Positions 38,727 to 48,385 of a DNA stretch of 64,000 nt are shown one piece after another. Source of the stretch: an uncultured Bacteroides sp. (GTDB lineage Bacteria; Bacteroidota; Bacteroidia; Bacteroidales; Bacteroidaceae); the NCBI GenBank assembly GCA_964583185.1, contig CAZOVL010000002.1, positions 10,504-74,503 on the forward strand, in the 5' to 3' direction. How positions within the stretch are numbered: position 1 is the first letter of the stretch; every line of letters starts with the position of its first letter. A program made the translations under genes and the position numbers. The notes under the pieces are model-generated. The model had not been told where the DNA came from. It saw only the letters and a list, made by a program, of their open reading frames with translations, and ran no database searches.

Positions 38727-40094
38727 TTATTTAGAATTCTTACGATAGTTAATGATCTTAACCATACGATTATAGTTTTTCTTGTTTAGGCGATAGAAGA
38801 ACAGAACAACAGCTGTAATGACCCAAAACACTCCGGGAATAGTACTAAATGAGTGTCTCATAATGGAAAGAACAGTATCATTTTGTACAGCATTAGCTTC
38901 GTATCCGGCAGAACCAAGAGCTAAGGCTAATAATGCTGTTCCCAATGCCATACCTATTTTATTTCCCAAAGAGATAAAAGAATATTGAAATCCATCATTA
39001 CGTATTCCGGTACGCCATTCTCCATACTCCACACAATCGGGAATAATGGCATAAATAGCTGTATTAAAGCCGGAAAAGAAAAACTGAGATAGAATAGCGA
39101 AAAGATAGAAGGGAACAGGTGATGTATTTGGACTATAAAAGAATAACATAAACATAGTTATACCTGTACCTAGTGCAAAAATTGAGGCTGCATAACCTTT
39201 ATTAGATGTCCACTTAAAAACCATAGGAAAACAAGCAGCACCTATAATAGAAGGTATAATTATTGCCAATGCGTAAAGAGAGAACAAAGCAGCACTACCC
39301 TCCACATAAGTGAAATAATAGAGCATATTTGCATTTCTTCCATATAGTACGAATCCAAACAATATCTGTCCCAATAAAGCCAAAAGGAACGGCTTGTTAC
39401 GAATAACGGATTTAATCTGTTCTTTTAAAGGAAACTTCTTCTCTTTGGGAATCTCAACCACTTCTTTGGTCTTTGCAAAACAGAATAAATGACAAGCAGC
39501 AAAAATTGCACCATAAAGTATAGCTACCAACAGATAACCTTGCTTTTCATTTCCACCACCAAATTTCTCAATTAATGGGATAGTTATAATATTAATAACA
39601 CCAATTGCAATCATAGCACTCACCGAACGATAAGTATTAAGTTTTGCTCGTTCATGAATATCCTGAGTCATAGCTCCGCACAGAGTACCGTAAGGAAGAT
39701 TAACACAGGTATACCCCAACACAAGAATACAATAGGTCACAGTCATATAAGTAATCTTACCCGTCTGACTCCAATCGGGATGTGCCCAAAAAGTCAGAAC
39801 CAATACAATAGCCGTCAAAGGAGCAGCTACAAGTAACCAAGGACGATATCTTCCCCATCGGGTATTGGTTTTATCGCTTAATGCACCAACTATAGGATCA
39901 TTAATAGCATCCCAAAAACGAGACAATAACATTAGTGTTGCTACGGCTCCCATACTAATTTTAAATACATCCGTATAAAAAATCATAAGGAAGTTTCCAA
40001 CGAACATCCAGCTGAAGTTACAGCCGACATCTCCCATTCCATAAGCAAATTTGCTTATAAATGACAATTTTGAATTTGATTGATTGTGTTTCAT
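38727..40094 (-). CDS. GPH-family (glycoside-pentoside-hexuronide) cation symporter
   Basis: 12-TM MFS fold with the GPH N-terminal block RFWDAINDPIVGALSDKTNTRWGRYRPW. Confidence 0.8.
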   Translation of the reverse strand: MKHNQSNSKLSFISKFAYGMGDVGCNFSWMFVGNFLMIFYTDVFKISMGAVATLMLLSRFWDAINDPIVGALSDKTNTRWGRYRPWLLVAAPLTAIVLVLTFWAHPDWSQTGKITYMTVTYCILVLGYTCVNLPYGTLCGAMTQDIHERAKLNTYRSVSAMIAIGVINIITIPLIEKFGGGNEKQGYLLVAILYGAIFAACHLFCFAKTKEVVEIPKEKKFPLKEQIKSVIRNKPFLLALLGQILFGFVLYGRNANMLYYFTYVEGSAALFSLYALAIIIPSIIGAACFPMVFKWTSNKGYAASIFALGTGITMFMLFFYSPNTSPVPFYLFAILSQFFFSGFNTAIYAIIPDCVEYGEWRTGIRNDGFQYSFISLGNKIGMALGTALLALALGSAGYEANAVQNDTVLSIMRHSFSTIPGVFWVITAVVLFFYRLNKKNYNRMVKIINYRKNSK

Positions 40095-40137
40095 GATATT
40101 TTAGTATTTAGACTTAATTCTTGATGTGCTTCACAGG

Positions 40138-40145
40138 CAAATATA
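40138..40145 (-). promoter_or_regulatory. -7 box (TATATTTG on the minus strand) for the polyol operon
   Basis: caaatata on the plus strand, 44 bp upstream of the start at 40094. Confidence 0.4.
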
Positions 40146-40194
40146 TCTTTGGAGTTGATATAAAAACAGCTTCTCACTAAGAATATATCTCGCA

Positions 40195-40234
40195 ACCGTT
40201 CCCGATACCGTTCCCAAAATTCGACACCGTTCCC
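40195..40234. promoter_or_regulatory. Three direct copies of ACCGTTCCC in the divergent lacI/transporter control region
   Basis: accgttccc at 40195-40203, 40207-40215 and 40226-40234. The last two extend to accgttcccaaaa. Confidence 0.5.
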
Positions 40235-40305
40235 AAAAACGAGACTGTTAAGGTAAATGTGTCATAATCCTGAACTTTACCTTAGCATTAATCACTATTT
40301 TTATT

Positions 40306-40313
40306 TATGTTTG
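40306..40313 (+). promoter_or_regulatory. -7 box TATGTTTG
   Basis: Matches TAnnTTTG, 31 bp upstream of the lacI-family ATG at 40344. Confidence 0.4.
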
Positions 40314-40343
40314 TAAGTAATCAATGACACTAATCTGAATAAT

Positions 40344-41360
40344 ATGAAACACGCGACTATTCTTGATATAGCCCGCGAATTGGGAATCTCCAAATCTACT
40401 GTTTCCAGAGCTCTAAGAGGGGACGATAAAAACGTTAACAAGGAAACCAAACAAAAGATACTTGAGGTAGCTAAAAGATTAGGTTATAAACGCAATGAAC
40501 TAGCTGTTAATCTACGTAAGCAGAGTACACGAACTATTGGTATTGTTGTCCCTGAAATGGTTACCCCTTTCTTTATGAACTTCATTACATATGCTCAAAA
40601 AATATTGAATATGCAAGGTTATCGTGTTACACTTGCTCAATCGCACGAAGACCCTAAAGCAGAAGAAATGAACCTGCAAATGTTTGAAGATTATCGGGTA
40701 GAGGGAGTACTTATTTGTGCCTGTCATAATAAAAAAAACCTAGATATTTATCGTCACATGATTTCAAAAGGGATAAAAATGGTTTTTTTCGATCGCACGA
40801 TTAATGATATCCCTGTATCTAAAGTCCAAATCAATGATTATTTGAAGTCTTTTTTTATGGTAGAACACTTGATTCGTAACGGGAGGAAAAAGATTGTTCA
40901 TTTAGCCGGTCCTTCATATATTCAAAATTCAATAGATCGTAGAAAAGGTTATCTGGATGCATTAGAAAAGTTTCAAATTCCTTATAACCCGGAGTACGTC
41001 ATTGATGCAGGAGTTGATCCTATTCATGGTGAACAGGCTATGGAGCAACTCATAAGTAAAGGGATATTATTTGATGCTGTGTTTTGTTTTACAGAAATGT
41101 CTGCACTCGGAGCAAAAGGATATTTGCAGAAACAGAAGTATAATATCCCGGGAGATGTGGCCATCTGTTGTATGTCGGGTACTTTACTGTGTGAAATTGT
41201 GCACCCGCCCATCACAGCTGTTGAACAACCCGTTGAACTAATGGCAAAAGAAGCCACCAGATTATTAATGGATAGGTTAAATAACCCATCACAACCAGAG
41301 GAGACGGTTATATTAGAGGCGGAAATGAGGGTAAGAAAATCGACAGGTAAGAACGTATAA
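40344..41360 (+). CDS. LacI-family transcriptional regulator
   Basis: N-terminal HTH ATILDIARELGISKSTVSRALRG plus a periplasmic-binding-fold effector domain. 338 aa. Confidence 0.9.
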   Translation: MKHATILDIARELGISKSTVSRALRGDDKNVNKETKQKILEVAKRLGYKRNELAVNLRKQSTRTIGIVVPEMVTPFFMNFITYAQKILNMQGYRVTLAQSHEDPKAEEMNLQMFEDYRVEGVLICACHNKKNLDIYRHMISKGIKMVFFDRTINDIPVSKVQINDYLKSFFMVEHLIRNGRKKIVHLAGPSYIQNSIDRRKGYLDALEKFQIPYNPEYVIDAGVDPIHGEQAMEQLISKGILFDAVFCFTEMSALGAKGYLQKQKYNIPGDVAICCMSGTLLCEIVHPPITAVEQPVELMAKEATRLLMDRLNNPSQPEETVILEAEMRVRKSTGKNV

Positions 41361-41379
41361 ACACCTTATACAAAACTCT

Positions 41380-41805
41380 ATGATTTCATGTTATACCAAT
41401 TCTAATTTACAGCCTATTTTATCTGTCTGGGAACGATCAGTAAAACATACCCACCATTTCTTGAGGGAAGAAGATTTCAACCGATTAAAATATATACTTC
41501 CTTCAATAATGAAACAGGTCACATTATATACCTTTACAGTAGATAATCAAGTAGCGGGTTTCTTAGGGGTATCCACCGAGGAGATAGAGATGCTTTTTGT
41601 CGATCCTCTTTATATTGGAAAAGGAGTAGGCAAAGCTCTTCTGTTATTTGCTCTCAATCAGTTAAAGCTAACTCAAGTAAGTGTAAATGAAGAAAACACA
41701 AAAGCTCTAGATTTCTACAAACATTTTGGATTCAATATTACAAACAGAAGTTTAATTGACGGATTTGGATTTAAATACCCCATACTACATCTAAAAAAAG
41801 AGTAG
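41380..41805 (+). CDS. GNAT-family N-acetyltransferase
   Basis: Acetyl-CoA motif A region LFVDPLYIGKGVGKALL, ending ..FYKHFGF. 141 aa. Confidence 0.8.
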   Translation: MISCYTNSNLQPILSVWERSVKHTHHFLREEDFNRLKYILPSIMKQVTLYTFTVDNQVAGFLGVSTEEIEMLFVDPLYIGKGVGKALLLFALNQLKLTQVSVNEENTKALDFYKHFGFNITNRSLIDGFGFKYPILHLKKE

Positions 41806-41859
41806 AATTTCTAAAATGAAACCCTACTCTTTATATTTAACTAACTGTCCGTTGTCTAC

Positions 41860-43107
41860 TTAATCCAACTTATGAATAACTAGTCCGGATCTTAACTTCG
41901 GTTCAAACCAAGTAGATTTTGGAGGCATAATATTACCTGTATCGGCAATGGTCATTAATTGATCCATGGAAACAGGGTAAAGTGCAATGGCCAATTTCAT
42001 TTCTCCATTGTCCACTCTACGTTCTAACTCTCCAAGGCCACGAATTCCTCCTACAAAATCCACACGTTTATCTGAACGTAAATCTTTTATATCCAATCTT
42101 TTATCTAAAATATAATCAGAAACAATATTAGCATCTAATACACTTAAAGGATCACTTTCATCATAAGTTATATCTTTAGCTAATAATTCATACCATACCC
42201 CTTCTATATAAAGACCAAAAGTATGTTTTTTACTGGGTTTATATGCTTCTTTTCCTTTTTTGGATACAACAAAATCATCTTCTAAAGCTTTGAGAAACTC
42301 ATCTTTAGTATATCCATTCAGGTCTTTTACTACACGATTGTAATCTAAAATAGTTAATTGAGATGCGGGAAAACAAACGGCCATAAAATAATTATAATTC
42401 TCTGTTCCGTTATGGTTTGGGTTTTGTTTCGCTTTTTCTTCTCCCACTAAAGCTGCTGCAGCTGAACGGTGATGCCCATCAGCAATGTATAAATAAGGAA
42501 TTTCCGAGAAAGCTTGTGTAATAACATCAATGTCTTGAGCCTCATCAATAATCCAAAAGATGTGTTTAATTCCATCGGCTTCAACCGTAAAATTATATTC
42601 AGGTTCTGTTTGAATGTATTTAGATACAATATGATCTAAACGCACATCATCGTGGTAAGCAAAAAAGACAGGTTCCATATTTGCATTCGTTATACGAACG
42701 TGTTTCATTCTGTCTTCTTCTTTGTCTCTACGTGTTAACTCGTGTTTTTTAATGACTCCGGATAAATAATCTTGGACCGATGCACCAACAACTAAACCAT
42801 ACTGAGTTTTGCCATTCATCTCTTGTGCATAAATGTAGTAGCACTCTTTATCATCTTGTTTCAGCCAACCATTCTCTTGAAATAACCTAAAATTCTCTAC
42901 TGATTTATCATAAACCACTTGATCGTGCTCGTCAATGCCCGGAGGGAAATCAATCTCAGCACGTGTTATTCTGTAAAGAGACTTATCATTTCCTTTAGCT
43001 TCTTCCCGAGCTTCTTCTGAGGTTAAAACGTCGTATGGACGACAAACCACTTTTTCTACAATTTCTTTTGAAGGGCGTAATCCTTTAAAGGGTTTTACAT
43101 TAGCCAT
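41860..43107 (-). CDS. DUF1015-family protein
   Basis: N-terminus MANVKPFKGLRP..VCRPYDV and the ADGHHR block are characteristic of DUF1015. 415 aa. Confidence 0.8.
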   Translation of the reverse strand: MANVKPFKGLRPSKEIVEKVVCRPYDVLTSEEAREEAKGNDKSLYRITRAEIDFPPGIDEHDQVVYDKSVENFRLFQENGWLKQDDKECYYIYAQEMNGKTQYGLVVGASVQDYLSGVIKKHELTRRDKEEDRMKHVRITNANMEPVFFAYHDDVRLDHIVSKYIQTEPEYNFTVEADGIKHIFWIIDEAQDIDVITQAFSEIPYLYIADGHHRSAAAALVGEEKAKQNPNHNGTENYNYFMAVCFPASQLTILDYNRVVKDLNGYTKDEFLKALEDDFVVSKKGKEAYKPSKKHTFGLYIEGVWYELLAKDITYDESDPLSVLDANIVSDYILDKRLDIKDLRSDKRVDFVGGIRGLGELERRVDNGEMKLAIALYPVSMDQLMTIADTGNIMPPKSTWFEPKLRSGLVIHKLD

Positions 43108-43192
43108 TTTTCTGTGTTTCTATGTTATTTGTGTTAATTATTCAGATGGTATTAAACCGATAGTTTACTCTTTTAGTAAAGCAAAAACAAAT

Positions 43193-43236
43193 AAAAAAGA
43201 GAGTGGTGTTAATGGGTACATACAACTCTCTTTTTT
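43193..43236. terminator. Hairpin terminator downstream of the aminotransferase gene
   Basis: 10-bp stem aaaagagagt (43195-43204) / actctctttt (43225-43234), flanked by A and T runs. Confidence 0.55.
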
Positions 43237-43261
43237 ATTTCTATATCTTAAGCTTTCATTC

Positions 43262-44458
43262 TTATTTTAATAGAGTCAAAGCTTCTTTAATTCTCTTCAT
43301 AGCTTCTACTATGTTTTCGTCGCTCGTAGCATAACTCATACGAATGCACTCTGGAGAGCCAAAAGCATCTCCACCTACACAAGCTACATGAGCATTGTTC
43401 AATAAAAAGAAGGCTAAATCTGATGCACTTTCAATGGTCTCACCATTTGCTGATTTGCCAAAGTAATAACTGCATTTTGGAAATAAGTAGAAAGCTCCTT
43501 CGGGTACACTCACCTCGAATCCTGGAATTTCTTTAGCTAAAGAAACAATTAAATCTCTACGACGAGAGAAAGCTTTTCTCATCTCTTCTACAGGCTCTTG
43601 ACTACCCAAATAAGCCTCTTCTGCAGCTTTCTGACTAATGGAACTAGGCCCGGATGTATATTGTCCTTGTAGCTTATTACATGCTGAAATTAACCAATCC
43701 GGACCGGCAGCAAAGCCTAAACGCCAACCAGTCATAGCATAAGCCTTAGATACTCCATTTATGACTAATGTGCGATAGAACATATCAGGACAGGAAGCAA
43801 TACTTTCATGTTTTCCACTGTAATTAATGTGCTCATAAATCTCATCTGATAGGATAATTACATTGGGGTACTTTTTCAACACTTCAGATAGCCCAATTAG
43901 CTCTTCTTTACTATAAACCGAACCGGTAGGATTAGAAGGAGAACACAAAATTAAAGCCTTTGTTTTAGGAGTAATAGCCTGATCCAATTGCTCTGGAGTG
44001 ATTTTAAAATCCTGATCAATACCAGCGGAAACAATAACAGGAGTACCTGAAGCTAACTTCACCATTTGTGGATAACTCACCCAATAAGGAGCAGGGATGA
44101 TAACTTCATCTCCAGGATTTACTAACGCAAGAATAGCATTACAAACACATTGCTTTGCTCCATTACCACAGGTAATTTGATTGGGAGTATATGTCAAACC
44201 ATTCTCTTTCTCTAGTTTGTCAGCTATCGCTTTACGTAAAGAGGGGTAACCAGAAACAGGTGAGTAATAGGTAAAGTTTTCATTAATTGCTTTTTCAGCA
44301 GCTTGCTTAATAGCGTCAGGAGTATGAAAATCCGGTTCACCAACACTCATATTAATGATATCTATACCTTGAGCTTTTAACTCATTACTCTTTTGTGACA
44401 TTGCAAGAGTCTCCGATGGAGACAAGCTATTCAATCGATCCGATAGTAAATTATTCAT
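43262..44458 (-). CDS. Aspartate/aromatic aminotransferase (class I PLP enzyme)
   Basis: PLP-lysine block GVSKAYAMTGWRLG and SPSNPTGSVY. 398 aa. Confidence 0.85.
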   Translation of the reverse strand: MNNLLSDRLNSLSPSETLAMSQKSNELKAQGIDIINMSVGEPDFHTPDAIKQAAEKAINENFTYYSPVSGYPSLRKAIADKLEKENGLTYTPNQITCGNGAKQCVCNAILALVNPGDEVIIPAPYWVSYPQMVKLASGTPVIVSAGIDQDFKITPEQLDQAITPKTKALILCSPSNPTGSVYSKEELIGLSEVLKKYPNVIILSDEIYEHINYSGKHESIASCPDMFYRTLVINGVSKAYAMTGWRLGFAAGPDWLISACNKLQGQYTSGPSSISQKAAEEAYLGSQEPVEEMRKAFSRRRDLIVSLAKEIPGFEVSVPEGAFYLFPKCSYYFGKSANGETIESASDLAFFLLNNAHVACVGGDAFGSPECIRMSYATSDENIVEAMKRIKEALTLLK

Positions 44459-44480
44459 TGTCTAATTTTTATTTATAGTG

Positions 44481-45695
44481 TTACTTTTTTAAATGCAAAG
44501 TATGCCCCATACGTTCTTTTTTTGTCTTCAAGTAGCGTTCATTATATGGATTAGGAGTAATTTCAATAGGTACATTTTCAACTATTTCCAAACCATACGA
44601 CTCTAATCCAATTCGTTTAACCGGATTATTACTCATCAGTCTCATTTTCTTAACACCTATCTCACGCAGAATTTGAGCACCTACCCCATAGTCTCTTTCA
44701 TCGGGATCAAAACCTAAGTGAATATTGGCGTCAACTGTATCATATCCCTCTTCCTGCAATTTATACGCTGCAATTTTATTCATCAAGCCAATACCTCTGC
44801 CCTCTTGGTTCATATAAACAACAACCCCTTTTCCTTCTTTTTCAATTAGTTGCAGAGCTTTGTGTAATTGTTCTCCACACTCACAACGACAAGAACCGAA
44901 CACATCGCCGGTCATACAAGAAGAGTGTACTCTAACTAAGATAGGCTCATCTGCCTTCCATTCTCCTTTTATTAAAGCCACGTGTTCCATCCCATTGGAT
45001 ACCTGACGGAAAGGAATTAAATGAAAATGACCAAACTCAGTTGGCATATCCACCTCAACCCCTTTTTCTACAATAGATTCCTGTTGAAGTCGATAGGCAA
45101 TCAAGTCTTCTATACTAATTATTTTAAGTTCAAATTCCTCTGCTACCTTTTTCAATTGAGGTAAACGTGCCATTGTACCATCTTCATTTAAGATTTCAAT
45201 CAAAGCAGCCGCAGGATAAAGTCCGGCTAAGCGAGCCATATCTATCGCAGCCTCCGTATGTCCAGCTCTTCTTAAAACCCCTCTGGTTCTTGCTTTCAAA
45301 GGATTAACATGACCTGGCCTGCCAAAATCTGAAGGCTTGGTTTGAGGAGATGCTAAAGCACGTATAGTAGCTGCACGGTCATAAATAGAAACTCCTGTTG
45401 TGCAACCTTCTATTAAATCAATAGTTTCAGTAAAAGGTGTTTCATGAATGGAGGTATTAGTAGATACTTGCATATGAAGTTCTAATTCAGCACAACGCTC
45501 TTCAGTAATTGGAGCACATAACACTCCTCTACCGTGAGTTAACATAAAGTTTATTTTCTCAGGAGTTACTTTTTCTGCAGCAATAATAAAATCACCCTCA
45601 TTTTCACGATCTTCATCATCTACTACTATAATAAATTTTCCTTCTCGAAAATCTTCTATAGCTTCTTCTATTGTATTTAATTGTATTTTTTCCAT
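44481..45695 (-). CDS. ribBA: Bifunctional 3,4-dihydroxy-2-butanone-4-phosphate synthase / GTP cyclohydrolase II
   Basis: RibB N-domain ([12 protein letters not shown]) plus the RibA zinc triad [14 protein letters not shown]. 404 aa. Confidence 0.95.
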   Translation of the reverse strand: MEKIQLNTIEEAIEDFREGKFIIVVDDEDRENEGDFIIAAEKVTPEKINFMLTHGRGVLCAPITEERCAELELHMQVSTNTSIHETPFTETIDLIEGCTTGVSIYDRAATIRALASPQTKPSDFGRPGHVNPLKARTRGVLRRAGHTEAAIDMARLAGLYPAAALIEILNEDGTMARLPQLKKVAEEFELKIISIEDLIAYRLQQESIVEKGVEVDMPTEFGHFHLIPFRQVSNGMEHVALIKGEWKADEPILVRVHSSCMTGDVFGSCRCECGEQLHKALQLIEKEGKGVVVYMNQEGRGIGLMNKIAAYKLQEEGYDTVDANIHLGFDPDERDYGVGAQILREIGVKKMRLMSNNPVKRIGLESYGLEIVENVPIEITPNPYNERYLKTKKERMGHTLHLKK

Positions 45696-45745
45696 AAGTC
45701 TTATATATAATTCTATTCAATGAGGATCTCACCCTCATCTATTCT

Positions 45746-47665
45746 TTATCTTCTATTATGTTCAACAGAGTGGATCTCCTTTTTTACAAGGTTTTCCAAC
45801 TCTTTGTTTATAGTTAGCACCTTTTTGAAATCCTTGTGTAATTGAACTCTAAAAATCCAAATTCTAAAGTAAAAAAACAATCCCAATGGAACAAATATTC
45901 CCACAATCATATTTAGTTTATGATTTTCAAAAGGTGGTTTCAACGCATCAATAGCTAATATGGGATACTTATTTAATGTGGCTAATATCTGTTGTGATTT
46001 AGTATTTGATAGTACCTCTATTATTTCTCCTAGTTCACTATTCAAATCCACGTATTGTTGTCCCCAATTATGAGAACTCCAAACTTTGATATAATTAGGA
46101 ATTTGTAATAGTTGGCGTTTCTTCAGTAAGTCAGTGATTTTTTCTGCTAGATTGTTTATTTTTTGAGCAATTTCCGGATAGTTAGGATCGTGAATAATAA
46201 CCTCTTTTTTACTCAGATGTCTTACACTTCGTATACCAAAGAATCTCTTTATTGCATTAATATAAGTTCCTGCATCTAAAATAACTGAATCGTGATTTGA
46301 TTTATAAGTTAGGAAAGCTCCTATGGGTGCAAGTACTAAAGTACTCAACCACATCCCTATTTCCAGAATCCATTTGCCATCACGAGCCATTTTATAACCT
46401 GTACGATCTACAACGTAATAAAAGATAAAGATTAACACAGAGATTACAACAGGCATCCCCAACCCTCCTTTACGTATAATAGCTCCAAGAGGAGCTCCAA
46501 TAAAAAAGAAGATTAAGCAGGCAACAGACAAAGTTAATTTATTGTGCCACTCAGTTTGGTGTCTACGGATATTTCCATCAGTTTGAACCAAAGTATAACT
46601 TTTAAAATTCCAGTCGTTACTTATGTTTTGAGTTCTCGACTGTGCGCTATTTATAATTTTCTGTTTTTCTTTAAGTGTAGAGGTTTCAAACAGACTATCT
46701 ACAGTATAAGTTGTAACCCCAAAGTTCTCTATACTGAGACTATCTTGTTGATTCAGATTTGTTTCTTCCTGATATATTCCACTTTTAGCAGAAGTATAAT
46801 AATCTCGCCCTATACTATCGGATATGTGAGTCATAGAATCAATCGATGCAGATAACACCGCCATATTTTTACTATTGGCTTGAGATTCCATAATACTTTC
46901 ATCTGCCATATTAAAATCAGAATCGAAAGCAATTAAAGTGTGTTTTTCTTTAAAGGTTTCTCTTCGATACGGAACATTTTCATTACTAGAAGATTGGGGC
47001 CTTAAATTAGCAAATAACTCTCCTGAATACAGATGGAGTGCCAAATGTTGTTTATCAGCGGTCATTTCTAACTTACCTGTATCAGCAACAATAATTTGGG
47101 CATTTTCAAACCCATTTGTAAAGTCATAAATCATCACTTGATGTAGCATTCCCGTCTTTCTATCTTTATGCTTTACGTAGATGTTAATACCACTCACTTC
47201 ATCATAAAACACCCCTTCTGGAATATCTAATTCAGGAGATTTTTGCTTCATTGAAATAAGCAGCGTATACAATTTCTTTTGTGCGTTGGGACCGATGTTA
47301 TTTTGGAATACAAATGAAATACCGGACAGTAGAAAAGCAAAAATAATTAAGGGCCGCATAATTTCCAACAAGGATATTCCGGCAGATTTCATCGCTAATA
47401 GCTCATACCGTTCCCCAAAGTTTCCAAAAGTAATTAAAGAGGCTAAAAGAATGGCTAAAGGCATTGAAGTAGGGACTAAGCTTAAAGCCGAATAGAAAAA
47501 GAACTCACCCAACACTTTCATTTCAAGTCCTTTCCCCACCATTTCATCTACATAACGCCATAAAAACTGCATCATGAAAATGAATAAACAGATAAAGAAA
47601 GTCGCAATAAAGAGCAAAATAAAACTCTTCAGTACAAAACGATCTAACTTTTTTAGTCTCAGCAT
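45746..47665 (-). CDS. LptF/LptG (YjgP/YjgQ) family permease with a long C-terminal extension
   Basis: 3 TM, a periplasmic domain, then 3 TM, as in Lpt permeases. An extra region of about 170 aa with a terminal TM helix follows. 639 aa. Confidence 0.75.
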   Translation of the reverse strand: MLRLKKLDRFVLKSFILLFIATFFICLFIFMMQFLWRYVDEMVGKGLEMKVLGEFFFYSALSLVPTSMPLAILLASLITFGNFGERYELLAMKSAGISLLEIMRPLIIFAFLLSGISFVFQNNIGPNAQKKLYTLLISMKQKSPELDIPEGVFYDEVSGINIYVKHKDRKTGMLHQVMIYDFTNGFENAQIIVADTGKLEMTADKQHLALHLYSGELFANLRPQSSSNENVPYRRETFKEKHTLIAFDSDFNMADESIMESQANSKNMAVLSASIDSMTHISDSIGRDYYTSAKSGIYQEETNLNQQDSLSIENFGVTTYTVDSLFETSTLKEKQKIINSAQSRTQNISNDWNFKSYTLVQTDGNIRRHQTEWHNKLTLSVACLIFFFIGAPLGAIIRKGGLGMPVVISVLIFIFYYVVDRTGYKMARDGKWILEIGMWLSTLVLAPIGAFLTYKSNHDSVILDAGTYINAIKRFFGIRSVRHLSKKEVIIHDPNYPEIAQKINNLAEKITDLLKKRQLLQIPNYIKVWSSHNWGQQYVDLNSELGEIIEVLSNTKSQQILATLNKYPILAIDALKPPFENHKLNMIVGIFVPLGLFFYFRIWIFRVQLHKDFKKVLTINKELENLVKKEIHSVEHNRR

Positions 47666-47699
47666 CTTTGGGGTTTATATTTGTCCGTCAATCAAGATG

Positions 47700-47707
47700 C
47701 AAAATTA
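47700..47707 (-). promoter_or_regulatory. -7 box (TAATTTTG on the minus strand)
   Basis: caaaatta on the plus strand, 35 bp upstream of the start at 47665. Confidence 0.4.
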
Positions 47708-47750
47708 ATACAAAAAAAGGAGGGAGGAAACCAAATTGATTGAAAGTTAT

Positions 47751-48137
47751 CTATAAACCTGCAACTTCGCGTAAACGATCAATCTCGGCATCCCATAAAT
47801 CAATCTGGTCATCAACCTCTTCTTCATTCGCAAAATCAACAACTTCTAGCACATATTCGTTAGTCAATTCATTTTGCACCATACGAATTTCAAAGTACTC
47901 TCCTCTATTCATATTCTCCATCCAGCGGAACCGAATAAAAGAATAGAGTCGATAGCCAACAATCTCAGCCTCTTTAGTTTCCGATTTTTTCCAGGTAAAT
48001 GTTACTTTCTTATCTTTTATGTTTACTTTATCTGCAAACCAACTCTCTAATCCTGATGCTGTACTTATTACATTCCAGAGGATTTCTTTTGATGGTGCTT
48101 CCAGTAAATATTCTAATTCTATTTTCTCTCTTTTCAT
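47751..48137 (-). CDS. Small START-like / SRPBCC-fold protein
   Basis: About 128 aa; MKREKIELEYLL..LWNVISTASGLESWFADKV resembles Bacteroidota START-like domain proteins. The track start at 48158 is GTG; the ATG at 48137 is preferred. Confidence 0.5.
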   Translation of the reverse strand: MKREKIELEYLLEAPSKEILWNVISTASGLESWFADKVNIKDKKVTFTWKKSETKEAEIVGYRLYSFIRFRWMENMNRGEYFEIRMVQNELTNEYVLEVVDFANEEEVDDQIDLWDAEIDRLREVAGL

Positions 48138-48306
48138 AGTCTTTTGCTTAAGTCTCACACTGCAATATACAGAGTTTTTTTAGATTACCATATTTCTTTG
48201 TACATCTATTCAAAAAAAGTAAAAGAATAAGACCAAAGAGATTCAAAATAAAAATGAAACACCCTATTCATAGAGAAACGATTCAAGAGTTGCAACTTCC
48301 GGAAGT

Positions 48307-48350
48307 AAAAAAAGAGAAAAAACAAGAGAGGTAGCAATCACCACCTCTCT
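48307..48350 (-). terminator. Rho-independent terminator ending the C11 protease operon
   Basis: Stem agagaggt (48325-48332) / acctctct (48343-48350). On the minus strand it is followed by a T-rich tail (plus-strand a-rich run at 48307-48324). Confidence 0.65.
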
Positions 48351-48385
48351 CTCGTTGTTAATATTACATTATAATGAAGCAAGAG

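Noticed and set aside
40144-40151. Plus-strand TATCTTTG overlapping the minus-strand -7 box, considered as a second distal lacI promoter
   Set aside because: It would give a leader of about 190 nt running through the direct repeats. The proximal TATGTTTG at 40306 is better placed, so this is noted only as an alternative.
45696-45745. FMN riboswitch (RFN element) expected upstream of ribBA
   Set aside because: Only 50 bp separate ribBA from the preceding gene's stop. That is too short for an RFN element, and none of its conserved stems is visible.
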